Shown in pieces: positions 27,180-36,632 of a stretch of 64,000 bases of DNA. Below the pieces are notes generated by a model. The model did not search any database. It had not been told where the DNA came from and saw nothing but the letters and a program-made list of their open reading frames with translations. The position numbers were made by a program, and so were the translations under genes. The stretch covers positions 33,887-97,886 of the forward strand of contig JAGORV010000001.1 in the NCBI GenBank assembly GCA_018062625.1, in the 5' to 3' direction. Each line of letters begins with the position of its first letter. The first letter of the stretch is position 1. This DNA comes from Candidatus Woesebacteria bacterium. Lineage in GTDB: Bacteria > Patescibacteriota > Microgenomatia > UBA10105 > UBA927.

Positions 27180-28247
27180 CTAGCTGAAATATTTTTGTAT
27201 TGGCTTATGTATGCGTTTTTTTGGAAGAGACATGGTGATAGTTGTTCCTTTATTTATTGTACTCGTTACGTGTATTGTTCCTTGGTGTAGATTTACTATT
27301 TGTTTTGCGATAGAAAGCCCCAGTCCATACCCCTTGGTGCTGGAATCGGATCGAGCGGTGTCTGCTCGATAAAAACGATCAAAGATGTGCGTAATATCGC
27401 TTTGTGCTATGCCGCATCCGTTATCCATTACACGAATGAGGGTATAGGGCTCTTTTGTGTGCGTTTCAATTGTAATGGTCGAATTTTTGGCGCTATATTT
27501 TATTGCGTTATCTAAAACGATAATAAGTAGATCTATAAGACTATATGAGTTTCCCCAGATTGTGGCTTGAGTCGCCTTGGTATGTATTGTGATGTGCTTT
27601 ACACGAGATAATGCCTGCACTTTTGCCATAGCATCATTTATAACCTTTTTCGCGTCCACCGGCTCAAACAACTGTCTTACGTGAGGTGTCTGAAACTGTG
27701 CAAGCTGTAGCAGATTATCGGAAAGTGCTTGAAGATTATTTACTTCGAGTATGTTTTCAGCCATTACTTTTTTGGACTGTTCTAGGGTAAGTTTTTTGTC
27801 TCTCAAATTTACTTCTAACGCACTTTTGAGAGAGGTGAGTGGAGTACGGAGCTCATGAGACGCATCACTGATGAATTGATTTTGTTCGTCAACCATCCGC
27901 TTGATTGGGTCTAATGTGCGTCCTGCCAGCAAGTACGATAATCCACCTGATAGTAAAACGATAACACCGTTAAGTGTGATAAGACTCCAAAGTATGCGCT
28001 TATTTGTTTCTGCAATTAAATCGGGATCTAATGTTGCGAGTATTTTGGGTTGTCCGTTTTCAAAAAATTCCATACGAGGTGTAATCCCATTTTGCGGTGG
28101 ATGTTCGATACGAAATCGTTGCGCACGTGCAAACCGTTCGACTTCACGGGTCAATACTCTATATATGATCGCGCTAAAAGATACACTTACACACATGATG
28201 ATGAGCAAGTACCATGCTGTAAGTTTGATTCTGGCTGTTTGAAACAT
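27180..28247 (-). CDS. sensor histidine kinase
   Basis: Two TM helices, H-box SHELRTPL, N box DNAIKY, G boxes DNGCGI and GYGLGLSI. Confidence 0.85.
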   Translation of the reverse strand: MFQTARIKLTAWYLLIIMCVSVSFSAIIYRVLTREVERFARAQRFRIEHPPQNGITPRMEFFENGQPKILATLDPDLIAETNKRILWSLITLNGVIVLLSGGLSYLLAGRTLDPIKRMVDEQNQFISDASHELRTPLTSLKSALEVNLRDKKLTLEQSKKVMAENILEVNNLQALSDNLLQLAQFQTPHVRQLFEPVDAKKVINDAMAKVQALSRVKHITIHTKATQATIWGNSYSLIDLLIIVLDNAIKYSAKNSTITIETHTKEPYTLIRVMDNGCGIAQSDITHIFDRFYRADTARSDSSTKGYGLGLSIAKQIVNLHQGTIHVTSTINKGTTITMSLPKKRIHKPIQKYFS

Positions 28248-28252
28248 AAAGC

Positions 28253-28927
28253 TTATCCTTCTATCTTATATCCAAATCCTCGAACTGTATGAAGCAACGA
28301 GCTTTTTGCATTAAATGGTTTGTCTATCTTTTTTCTGAGATTTCGAATATAGACTTCTATAGTATTAGGAAGGATGTTTGAGTCATAATCCCAGACATGC
28401 TCGATAATTTGATCTTTTGTGAGAATTTTATTTGGGTTTCGCACAAGATATTCTAGAAGCATAAATTCTTTATTCGAAAGTGGTATCAGTTTACCCGCGC
28501 GTTTAACTTCAAATAGTTTTGAGTCAAGTTCTAGATCAGCCACTCTGAGAACAGTTTGTATCGATATTTTTGGCCTACGACTGAGTGCGCGAACTCGCGC
28601 AAGAAGCTCTTCGAATGCAAATGGTTTGGTTAGATAATCATCTGCGCCATTATCTAGGCCAGTTATTTTATCTTGAATTTGCCCTCGTGCGGTGAGCATG
28701 AGAATTGGTGTGTGTACGTGTTGTTCTCGAAGTTTTTTACAAATCGTAAATCCGTCCATCTCTGGAAGTAGCACATCAAGGAGTATGACGTCATATGACT
28801 CTGTTGTAGCTAAATCAAATCCATCTGTGCCGCTGTAGCTTACGTCGACTGTATACTTTTCTTGCTCCAAACCCTTTTTTATGGAGTTGGCAATACGATG
28901 TTCATCTTCGATAACAAGAACTTTCAT
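28253..28927 (-). CDS. OmpR-family response regulator
   Basis: Receiver domain (DVILLDVLLP, LMLTA, KPF) plus a winged-helix C-terminus (VRGFGY). Confidence 0.9.
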   Translation of the reverse strand: MKVLVIEDEHRIANSIKKGLEQEKYTVDVSYSGTDGFDLATTESYDVILLDVLLPEMDGFTICKKLREQHVHTPILMLTARGQIQDKITGLDNGADDYLTKPFAFEELLARVRALSRRPKISIQTVLRVADLELDSKLFEVKRAGKLIPLSNKEFMLLEYLVRNPNKILTKDQIIEHVWDYDSNILPNTIEVYIRNLRKKIDKPFNAKSSLLHTVRGFGYKIEG

Positions 28928-28975
28928 GCCTTGATTATATCAAGGCTAGCTGAATTTGCGCTGAATATGATCGAA

Positions 28976-29407
28976 TTATTCGACGATGACTTTGCCAACC
29001 ATGCCTTTAGCACGATGACTTCCTACTGAGCAGTAGGATTCAAAGGTGCCAGTAGTCTCTGGAGTAAATTCGATTACCTCTGTTTCTCCGCCCTTTATAA
29101 CTTTGGTTTTTACATTGAGCTCGTCGACGACAAAATCGTGAGGCATTTCACCAGTGTTTTTAAAAGTGAGCTTCACTTTTTGTCCCTTTTTGAGTGTCAT
29201 AGTATCTGAGACAAACTTAAATTCACTTCCTTCCACCGTAAATTCTGCAACTGCGTCGTTTGTCATCGCACTTCCTGATGCTGGTTGCACAACTGCATCT
29301 TTTTTCTCCATTGCAGATTGTGGCTGTGAGTTGTTTGTATATAGATATACTCCACCTGCTACAGCGACAAATATTGCGATCATAAGAAATTTATTATTCA
29401 TACTCAT
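28976..29407 (-). CDS. plastocyanin/azurin-family cupredoxin, exported
   Basis: Signal anchor. Type-1 Cu ligand pattern: H in MPHDF and C..H....M in YCSVGSHRAKGM. Confidence 0.75.
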   Translation of the reverse strand: MSMNNKFLMIAIFVAVAGGVYLYTNNSQPQSAMEKKDAVVQPASGSAMTNDAVAEFTVEGSEFKFVSDTMTLKKGQKVKLTFKNTGEMPHDFVVDELNVKTKVIKGGETEVIEFTPETTGTFESYCSVGSHRAKGMVGKVIVE

Positions 29408-29485
29408 AGATCTCCTTCTTGTGAAATATCATACAGGAAAATAATTTTGTTCGCTAGGGTTTATATGATATATATAGTTCAACGT

Positions 29486-29863
29486 ATGAAACAATTTAAA
29501 CAGACTTATATCATAGATGCGGCAACTCACGATGTTTGGAAAGCGCTGGTGGATCCAAAGGTGATTGCTGACTGGGGTGCGGGACCGGCATCGATGAGTG
29601 ATAAAAAAGAGAAATTTTCATTGTGGGGTGGCGACATTTATGGAACAAATACAGAGATACACAACGGACACATGCTTGCACAAGATTGGTACGGGGGAGA
29701 TTGGGCAGAGCCGTCACATGTCACTATTGAATTGGCTTCGGAAGATGATAAAACAACTATAACGTTAACGCATACCAATATTCCTGATGATGAATTTGAA
29801 GGAATTAAATCTGGATGGAAAGATTATTATTTTGGGCCGATGAAGGAATTACTTGAGATGTAG
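29486..29863 (+). CDS. SRPBCC/AHSA1 (Aha1-like) domain protein
   Basis: VWKALVDP..I..W and W.G...G. are family-typical. The start was moved to the ATG at 29486. Confidence 0.65.
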   Translation: MKQFKQTYIIDAATHDVWKALVDPKVIADWGAGPASMSDKKEKFSLWGGDIYGTNTEIHNGHMLAQDWYGGDWAEPSHVTIELASEDDKTTITLTHTNIPDDEFEGIKSGWKDYYFGPMKELLEM

Positions 29864-29869
29864 TGATTT

Positions 29870-30631
29870 TTATTTTTTTGTCGCAACAAACGTAAGAAAC
29901 ATAGGAAATTCATCCCTTGCGCGGTTTTCCATACGTGACGCTTTTCCTACACTTTCTTTGTTTGAGGTCCATTCTTCAATAGTGTCTATGACACACCCCG
30001 CTTGTTTGAGAAAATTAGCATAGGCGCTGATTGGGTAATGGTAGCTCCACGTTAGAGGAGATTTGGTTTGACCTGGGTGCATAGTGATCGGTACTTCAAG
30101 CGGGGAGAGATATCTATTTATTCTGCGATACTGTAGCTTACTTGCTGTATCCACTTCCCAGCTCGATTGTCTCGGAATACGAAATGCAGGATGATTAAGC
30201 ACTAGTGCTAATTTACCTCCTAGTACAAGAGCATTTGTTGCGTTTTGAATTGCTGATTGTGGATCTTTCATATTTTGGAGCGATAGAAGAAAACATGCAT
30301 GGGTATAGTCACTTGATACGGGAAGTTTTTTTGTCACGTCGGCCACGACAAACGTACGGTGTGGATTTTTATTTGATTGTTTTGCAGCTTGAATAAGAGA
30401 GGGGGAGTTATCTAGTCCAGTGTATGAGGCGTTTGTGGGGATGATATTGGTAAGAACCCCAGATCCGCACCCCAGATCTAATACTTTACTTGTATCTGTA
30501 AGTGAAAGTAGTGGAACTAGTGCGTCTAGTATGACCTGTTGATGGTAGTAATGACCTCCGTCTTTGGTTTTGTCGGTATACCATTTACTTACTCCTTCCC
30601 ACGAAGTATTTTTATTGTGTTGCGGTTTCAT
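29870..30631 (-). CDS. class I SAM-dependent methyltransferase
   Basis: Motif I VLDLGCGSGVLT. Confidence 0.8.
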   Translation of the reverse strand: MKPQHNKNTSWEGVSKWYTDKTKDGGHYYHQQVILDALVPLLSLTDTSKVLDLGCGSGVLTNIIPTNASYTGLDNSPSLIQAAKQSNKNPHRTFVVADVTKKLPVSSDYTHACFLLSLQNMKDPQSAIQNATNALVLGGKLALVLNHPAFRIPRQSSWEVDTASKLQYRRINRYLSPLEVPITMHPGQTKSPLTWSYHYPISAYANFLKQAGCVIDTIEEWTSNKESVGKASRMENRARDEFPMFLTFVATKK

Positions 30632-30741
30632 ATCCCTATTTTAGCAGTTTCTCAGCATTGTCATATGTGTTGATTGCCAAGGCTCATGGTAACGACGATA
30701 ATACTATTGTATAAAGTTATTTATATAGGAGGAAAAAAGAT

Positions 30742-30948
30742 ATGAAAACAAAATTGAATGACGTTGAATGGGCGATGTGGGTGTTGGTGGTCATTGGTGC
30801 GATCAACTGGGGGCTCTATGGCGCATTCAAATTTGATCTTGTTGCAACTGTGTTGGGCACGAGTCCGATACTTGCTCAGGTGATGTATGTGGTAATTGGA
30901 CTAGCGGGTGTGTATACGCTTATAAAGATGCTAACCATGAAGAAATAG
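30742..30948 (+). CDS. DUF378 membrane protein
   Basis: 68 aa, two TM helices, with IGAINWGLYG. Confidence 0.7.
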   Translation: MKTKLNDVEWAMWVLVVIGAINWGLYGAFKFDLVATVLGTSPILAQVMYVVIGLAGVYTLIKMLTMKK

Positions 30949-30973
30949 GCGTGTATATGGTACTATACGAGTC

Positions 30974-31750
30974 ATGAGTAAACTCCTTGCCATATTTGCC
31001 CATCCCAACGATGAATCGTTTAGTTTGGGTGGTACCATAGCCAAATACGCCAAATCAGATTGGAAAATAGATTTAGTATGTGCGACGCGTGGTGATGCAG
31101 GAGATCTGGGTCCCTATGCAGGGAATGAAAACGTGAATTTGGGTAATATTCGCCAAAAAGAGTTAGAAGCGGCGGCAGAACTTCTCGGCTGTCATGCGGT
31201 GACTTTTATGGATTTCAAAGATGGTAAATTGGTAGACGCAAGCTCTGGTGATATAGAGGATAAACTGATACAGCTTCTTATTGTACATAAGCCAGATGTC
31301 ATAGTAACGTTTGATCCAACTGGAATAAGTAATCATCCAGATAATGTTCGTTTGTCACTAGCTGCGACGTATGCATTTCAGGTGTACGCAAAACTTCGAC
31401 ATAAAGAAAAACCAGATGATGAAAGGCCACCTCGTCTGTATTATGCATGTATGCCCGAAAGTGTGGCAGACTATCTTAAGAAAAACAAAATTATTCCACC
31501 AGAAGCGCATGATAAGCCATGGCGTGGAGTAGATGACAAACATATTTCAACGGTTATCGACATTAAGCGATTTGCTGCTATTAAGAAAAAAGCACTACGT
31601 CTGCACGTAAGTCAGCAAAAAGACGTAGAACGATTTATCGGTTTTAAAACAAATCCTATATTTAGACAAGAATATTTTGTCTTACGAATGATTGGGATAG
31701 ACGAAGCGTTTATGGGAAAATATGATGCGGTATCCGACCGACTCATATAA
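30974..31750 (+). CDS. PIG-L/LmbE family deacetylase
   Basis: AIFAHPNDESFSLGGTIAK, HPDN and H..V motifs. Confidence 0.8.
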   Translation: MSKLLAIFAHPNDESFSLGGTIAKYAKSDWKIDLVCATRGDAGDLGPYAGNENVNLGNIRQKELEAAAELLGCHAVTFMDFKDGKLVDASSGDIEDKLIQLLIVHKPDVIVTFDPTGISNHPDNVRLSLAATYAFQVYAKLRHKEKPDDERPPRLYYACMPESVADYLKKNKIIPPEAHDKPWRGVDDKHISTVIDIKRFAAIKKKALRLHVSQQKDVERFIGFKTNPIFRQEYFVLRMIGIDEAFMGKYDAVSDRLI

Positions 31751-31754
31751 CGAT

Positions 31755-32567
31755 ATGAAATCCTCTCGGTCACGATTAGAAATCAAAAATCTCAAGGTAT
31801 CTCTGGGCTCCAAGGAGATACTTCATGGTGTAAGTTTTTCTGTAAAAGCAGGTGAAGTGCATGCGCTCATGGGTCCAAATGGTAGTGGAAAGTCTACACT
31901 TGCCGGAGCGCTGTTGGGTCACCCTTCTTATTCCGTAAACCCTAAAGGTATCATACGAATCACAAAGAGAAATTTGATCAATGCTCGCCCTGAAGAAAGA
32001 GCAAAAGAAGGTTTGTTTCTTGCGTTTCAATCACCTATCGCGATTCCTGGAGTTTCTGTGATGAATTTACTTCGAAGTGCATATAGTGAGGTGTATCCAG
32101 CAAAAACCGCACAAGCCAAAAAGACAGCTCGGGCTATGAGTGGACTTCGTGTGAGTAGTGTAGGCGCTATGCCTATGGCGGATTTTACGATGATGGTAAA
32201 AGCAAAAGCGAAAGAACTAAGTCTAGATGAATCATTTTTGCGACGTAGTGTGAATGAAGGATTTTCTGGCGGTGAGCGAAAGAAAGTAGAAATGCTACAA
32301 GCGCTTGTGCTTTCTCCTAAATTTGCAGTATTTGATGAGATTGATACAGGGCTTGATGTAGATGCGCTCAAAAGTGTGGCTCGAGCTATAGATCTACTCC
32401 AGAAACAAGGAGTAGGGGTTATTATCATTACGCATTATCAGCGAATTTTAAAATATGTTGATCCAGATGTCGTACATATTCTCGTAAATGGTCGTATCGT
32501 AAAAACTGGTAAAGCACAGCTTGCGCGTGATATAGAAGATAGCGGATATACGCGTTATATCGTCTGA
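31755..32567 (+). CDS. sufC: Fe-S cluster assembly ATPase SufC
   Basis: Walker A GPNGSGKST, FSGGERKK, FDEIDTGLD. The start was moved to 31755. Confidence 0.9.
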   Translation: MKSSRSRLEIKNLKVSLGSKEILHGVSFSVKAGEVHALMGPNGSGKSTLAGALLGHPSYSVNPKGIIRITKRNLINARPEERAKEGLFLAFQSPIAIPGVSVMNLLRSAYSEVYPAKTAQAKKTARAMSGLRVSSVGAMPMADFTMMVKAKAKELSLDESFLRRSVNEGFSGGERKKVEMLQALVLSPKFAVFDEIDTGLDVDALKSVARAIDLLQKQGVGVIIITHYQRILKYVDPDVVHILVNGRIVKTGKAQLARDIEDSGYTRYIV

Positions 32568-32594
32568 TACGCGTTTCTTGCCTCAATACATGGT

Positions 32595-33992
32595 ATGAAA
32601 AAATCAAAGCCGATACTCTCTGCATATAAATATGGTTTTCATAAGCCAGAAAACTATACGTTTAAATCCAAAAAGGGATTAGATATTGGAGTAGTGGAAA
32701 ATATAAGTTGGCATAAATCTGAACCAACATGGATGAAGGATTTTCGCATGCGGTCGCTCGGAATTTTCGAAAAGAAAGCGCTTCCGACATGGGGCGCGGA
32801 TCTGACAACTATAAATTTTGATGATATTTATTACTACATAAAGCCTACACAAAAAAGTGTCTCTAGCTGGAAAGATCTTCCCGAAGAAATACGTGATACA
32901 TACGATAGAATTGGTATTCCAGAAGCAGAGAAAAAGTTATTGGCTGGGGTTTCTGCACAGTACGAAAGTGAAGTGGTCTATAAAAGCGTGCAGGAAGCGC
33001 TCACCAAAAAAGGTGTGATTTTTTTGGATATGGATTCTGGTTTACGAGAATATCCTGAATTGGTGCGCAAGTATTTTGGTACAGTGATACCCGCAGGAGA
33101 CAATAAATTTGCTGCTCTCAATACTAGCGTGTGGAGCGGAGGATCGTTTGTCTATGTTCCGCCCAATGTGCATGTCGAGCTACCGCTTCAAGCATATTTC
33201 CGTATAAATGCGGCGAACATGGGTCAGTTTGAGCGAACACTGATAATCGCTGACGAAGGAAGCTTTGTGCATTATGTGGAAGGCTGTACAGCTCCAATAT
33301 ATTCTACAGATTCATTGCATTCTGCCGTGGTTGAAATAATTGTGAAAAAAGGTGCACGAGTGCGATATACCACAATACAAAATTGGAGTAAAAATGTGTA
33401 TAACCTTGTGACGAAACGCGCACGAGTAGAAGAAGAGGGGACCATGGAGTGGGTTGATGGAAACTTGGGGAGCAAAGTGACTATGAAATATCCAAGTGTG
33501 TATTTGGTTGGTAGAAAGGCCAAAGGCGAAATACTTTCTATCGCTTATGCCGGAGCAAATCAACACCTTGATGCAGGTGGAAAAGCTATACACATAGCTC
33601 CAGAGACCACCTCACAGATTATCTCTAAATCCATAAGTCGTGCAGGTGGTCGCACATCATATCGGGGACTTGTGCAGATACACCCGAACGCCGTTGGGTC
33701 GAAATCAAAAGTGGTATGTGATGCACTAATTTTGGATGAGATTTCCCGTTCTGATACGTATCCCACTATGAAAATTGATCAACAAGATGTGCAAATAGAG
33801 CATGAAGCAACCGTGTCAAAAATAGGAGATGAGCAATTGTTTTACTTACAAAGTCGAGGCATAACGAAAGATCAGGCCCAATCCATGATTGTAAACGGAT
33901 TTATAGAACCGATCGTCAAAGAGTTGCCATTAGAATATGCGGTAGAAATGAATAGATTAATTCAACTTCAGATGGAAGGGTCAGTGGGGTAA
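32595..33992 (+). CDS. sufB: Fe-S cluster assembly protein SufB
   Basis: 465 aa, with the SufB-typical strings [15 protein letters not shown] and [14 protein letters not shown]. Confidence 0.9.
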   Translation: MKKSKPILSAYKYGFHKPENYTFKSKKGLDIGVVENISWHKSEPTWMKDFRMRSLGIFEKKALPTWGADLTTINFDDIYYYIKPTQKSVSSWKDLPEEIRDTYDRIGIPEAEKKLLAGVSAQYESEVVYKSVQEALTKKGVIFLDMDSGLREYPELVRKYFGTVIPAGDNKFAALNTSVWSGGSFVYVPPNVHVELPLQAYFRINAANMGQFERTLIIADEGSFVHYVEGCTAPIYSTDSLHSAVVEIIVKKGARVRYTTIQNWSKNVYNLVTKRARVEEEGTMEWVDGNLGSKVTMKYPSVYLVGRKAKGEILSIAYAGANQHLDAGGKAIHIAPETTSQIISKSISRAGGRTSYRGLVQIHPNAVGSKSKVVCDALILDEISRSDTYPTMKIDQQDVQIEHEATVSKIGDEQLFYLQSRGITKDQAQSMIVNGFIEPIVKELPLEYAVEMNRLIQLQMEGSVG

Positions 33993-33994
33993 CT

Positions 33995-34624
33995 ATGAAG
34001 TCTAAAACAATAACAGGAAATACAGTCATAATAGAAACCATTCGTAGTCGTGACACGACGTTGGCGTATCGAATAAAACAAGACGCGATGCTTACTATTG
34101 TTGTGCTTGTGAGCGGAAATACAAATTGTGCTATAGATATTGGGGTACACTTGGTAGGGAAAAATTCGCGTGCTACTATCATAGGTCTCGTGCGCGGAAG
34201 TGATGATGCACAAATTACGTTTCACACTATGCAACATCATGCAGCCATTGGAACGACGAGCAATCTATTGGTAAAAAGTATTCTGTCCGATCGAAGTGTA
34301 TTTTCTTATGACGGAAGTATATTTGTCGATCAGATTGCGCAAAAGACTGATGCATATCAACGTAATGAGAATTTACTTTTGGATAAAACGACGCGTGCAC
34401 GGAGTGAGCCGGCGCTTGAGATTTTGGCAAACGACGTGCGTTGTACACACGGGGCAACGATAGGAATGATAGATAAGGAAGAGTTATGGTATCTCGCTAC
34501 TCGCGGGATAGCAGATGCACAGGCCCGAGAGATGATTGCAACGGGATTTTTACAAAGTGCATTTTCACTTATTCCTGATACAATGACGCGAGAAAAAATA
34601 GAAAGGAAATGCGTATTGCCATAA
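33995..34624 (+). CDS. sufD: short SufD-like protein
   Basis: Position after sufB. The beta-helix core plus EILANDVRCTHGATIG and LWYLATRGI are present. At 209 aa it has no long N-terminal domain. Confidence 0.65.
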   Translation: MKSKTITGNTVIIETIRSRDTTLAYRIKQDAMLTIVVLVSGNTNCAIDIGVHLVGKNSRATIIGLVRGSDDAQITFHTMQHHAAIGTTSNLLVKSILSDRSVFSYDGSIFVDQIAQKTDAYQRNENLLLDKTTRARSEPALEILANDVRCTHGATIGMIDKEELWYLATRGIADAQAREMIATGFLQSAFSLIPDTMTREKIERKCVLP

Positions 34625-34643
34625 CACAATACAATACATCCAT

Positions 34644-35873
34644 ATGTTTACGACAAAAAGTATTAGAAAAGATTTTCCGCAACTTGCGCGAATAATAAAT
34701 AAAAAATCTATTGTGTATTTGGATTCTACCGCGACTTCTTTGAAGCCTCAGTCTGTGATTGATGCAATGAACGCCTACTATACACAGTTTACGGCAAATG
34801 TATTTCGAGGCATTTATACAACAAGCGAAGAAGCGACGGCTGCATATGAAAACGCACGAGATGCGATTGCAAAGTTTATCGGGGCAAAAGATAGTAGGGA
34901 GATAATATTTACTCGCAACACCAGCGAATCGTTAAATCTGGTTGCATCGAGTTGGGGAAACGAAAACTTACACAAAGGAGATGCAGTCGTAACCACAATT
35001 TTGGAACATCATTCTAACTTTGTACCATGGCAACAGTTGGCACAGAAAAATGGATTTGTGCTCAAAGTTTGGACTATAGATGATGATTACACGTTTAGAT
35101 TATCAGACTTGGATACACTAATTACTCGATCTACAAAATTGTTCACAATCACCGCTACGTCAAACGTAACGGGCACAATTCCACCCATTAAGCAAATTAT
35201 AAAGCGAGTGAAGAAACTAAATTCTAAATGTTTAGTGCTTGTGGATGCAGCACAGGCAGCTGCACACATGGAGATAAATGTTCAAGATTGGGGTGCGGAC
35301 TTTGTAGCATTTTCAGGGCACAAGATGTTGGGTCCAACAGGAGTTGGTGTGCTTTGGGGAAAATACGACATACTACTTCAAATGAGTCCGTATCAGTACG
35401 GAGGGGAAATGATAAGTGAGGTGCATTTGGATAAAACGTTATTTAAAGATCCTCCTCATAAATTCGAAGCGGGAACACCAGATATCGGCGGAGTCATAGG
35501 GCTTGGAGCTGCAGCTGTATATCTGATGAAACTAGGGATGAAAAACGTGCGAGAACATGAGAAAGCAATCGTAACCTATGCATTAAAAGAGTTGAAAAGA
35601 TTATCGTATGTGCATGTGATAGGTCCGACTGATGTAGAGTGTCGTGCTGGAGTTGTGGCGTTTACCATGGATGGGACCCATCCACATGATATAGCCCAGC
35701 TTCTCAATGAGGATAATATATGTGTAAGAGCAGGAAATCATTGTGCTATGCCGCTGCATGAGTATCTAGAAATATCAGCGACGGCGCGAGCCTCTTTTTA
35801 TGTGTATACAACCAAAGAAGACGTGGATGCATTAGTTTCAGGTTTGAAAAAAATACATGATTTGTTTAAATAG
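34644..35873 (+). CDS. sufS: cysteine desulfurase SufS
   Basis: The FSGHKMLGPTG PLP-lysine motif and RAGNHCA active-site Cys loop. Confidence 0.9.
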   Translation: MFTTKSIRKDFPQLARIINKKSIVYLDSTATSLKPQSVIDAMNAYYTQFTANVFRGIYTTSEEATAAYENARDAIAKFIGAKDSREIIFTRNTSESLNLVASSWGNENLHKGDAVVTTILEHHSNFVPWQQLAQKNGFVLKVWTIDDDYTFRLSDLDTLITRSTKLFTITATSNVTGTIPPIKQIIKRVKKLNSKCLVLVDAAQAAAHMEINVQDWGADFVAFSGHKMLGPTGVGVLWGKYDILLQMSPYQYGGEMISEVHLDKTLFKDPPHKFEAGTPDIGGVIGLGAAAVYLMKLGMKNVREHEKAIVTYALKELKRLSYVHVIGPTDVECRAGVVAFTMDGTHPHDIAQLLNEDNICVRAGNHCAMPLHEYLEISATARASFYVYTTKEDVDALVSGLKKIHDLFK

Positions 35874-35920
35874 TTACGTTCGTTAATTTTTACACTGTTA
35901 ATTTGTTATTTGTCATATAT

Positions 35921-36292
35921 ATGGATTTGTATCGCGAAGAAATACTCGATCACTATAAACGTCCGCACAATTTTGGTCATCTAGCTCACGCGAGTGCGGT
36001 GGGTGAGGAGCATAATATAAGTTGTGGTGATAAAATTATTATGGAGGTTGTGATATCGAAAGCTGCCAAAGTGAAAAAGATTGTTGATGTACGATTTTCT
36101 GGTAGCGGATGCGCGATAAGTGTAGCGTCAGCATCCATGCTTACAGACCGCGTGATAGGGATGAGTGTAGCGAGCATCATGAAGCTTACGCTCTCTGATA
36201 TACAAGATGCGCTTGGAACTACATTGATGCCTGCACGAGTAAAGTGTGCAATGTTATCATTGGAAGTGTTACAGAAAACGGTGAGTAAATAA
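35921..36292 (+). CDS. sufU: SufU/IscU-like Fe-S scaffold (sulfur acceptor)
   Basis: LYREEILDHYKRPHNFG, NISCGD, GSGCAIS and KCAML. Confidence 0.85.
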   Translation: MDLYREEILDHYKRPHNFGHLAHASAVGEEHNISCGDKIIMEVVISKAAKVKKIVDVRFSGSGCAISVASASMLTDRVIGMSVASIMKLTLSDIQDALGTTLMPARVKCAMLSLEVLQKTVSK

Positions 36293-36296
36293 TCCT

Positions 36297-36551
36297 ATGG
36301 AAGATTCAGACCCAAAAGTCACGAGAAAAATACGAAATTGGACCATGCGCATAGACCGATCGCTCTGTATTGGCGCAGCGACTTGTGTGGCTATGGCACC
36401 AAAAGCATGGACACTAGATGATGAAGCAAAAGCGATTATCCTCGACACATCTGAAGAAGAAACAGACGAAGCACTTCTTGAGGCAGCGAAAAGTTGCCCA
36501 GTCATGGCAATATTTATCACCGACGATACCGGAAAACAAATCTATCCGTAA
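36297..36551 (+). CDS. small ferredoxin
   Basis: IDRSLCIGAATCVAMAP...AAKSCPVMAI is the single-cluster ferredoxin pattern. Confidence 0.7.
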   Translation: MEDSDPKVTRKIRNWTMRIDRSLCIGAATCVAMAPKAWTLDDEAKAIILDTSEEETDEALLEAAKSCPVMAIFITDDTGKQIYP

Positions 36552-36632
36552 TCTTTTTTTTTGCGCATGACTTCATGGGTGATTCCGACTGTATACATAG
36601 AACTGTTGTTTATATTGTGATAGCCTACATAT

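Noticed and set aside
32027-32428. A 133-aa antisense ORF inside sufC. Similar antisense ORFs lie at 33272-33593 inside sufB and at 34357-34629 inside sufD.
   Set aside because: These are shadow ORFs opposite strongly conserved genes, with no start context and no recognisable motifs.
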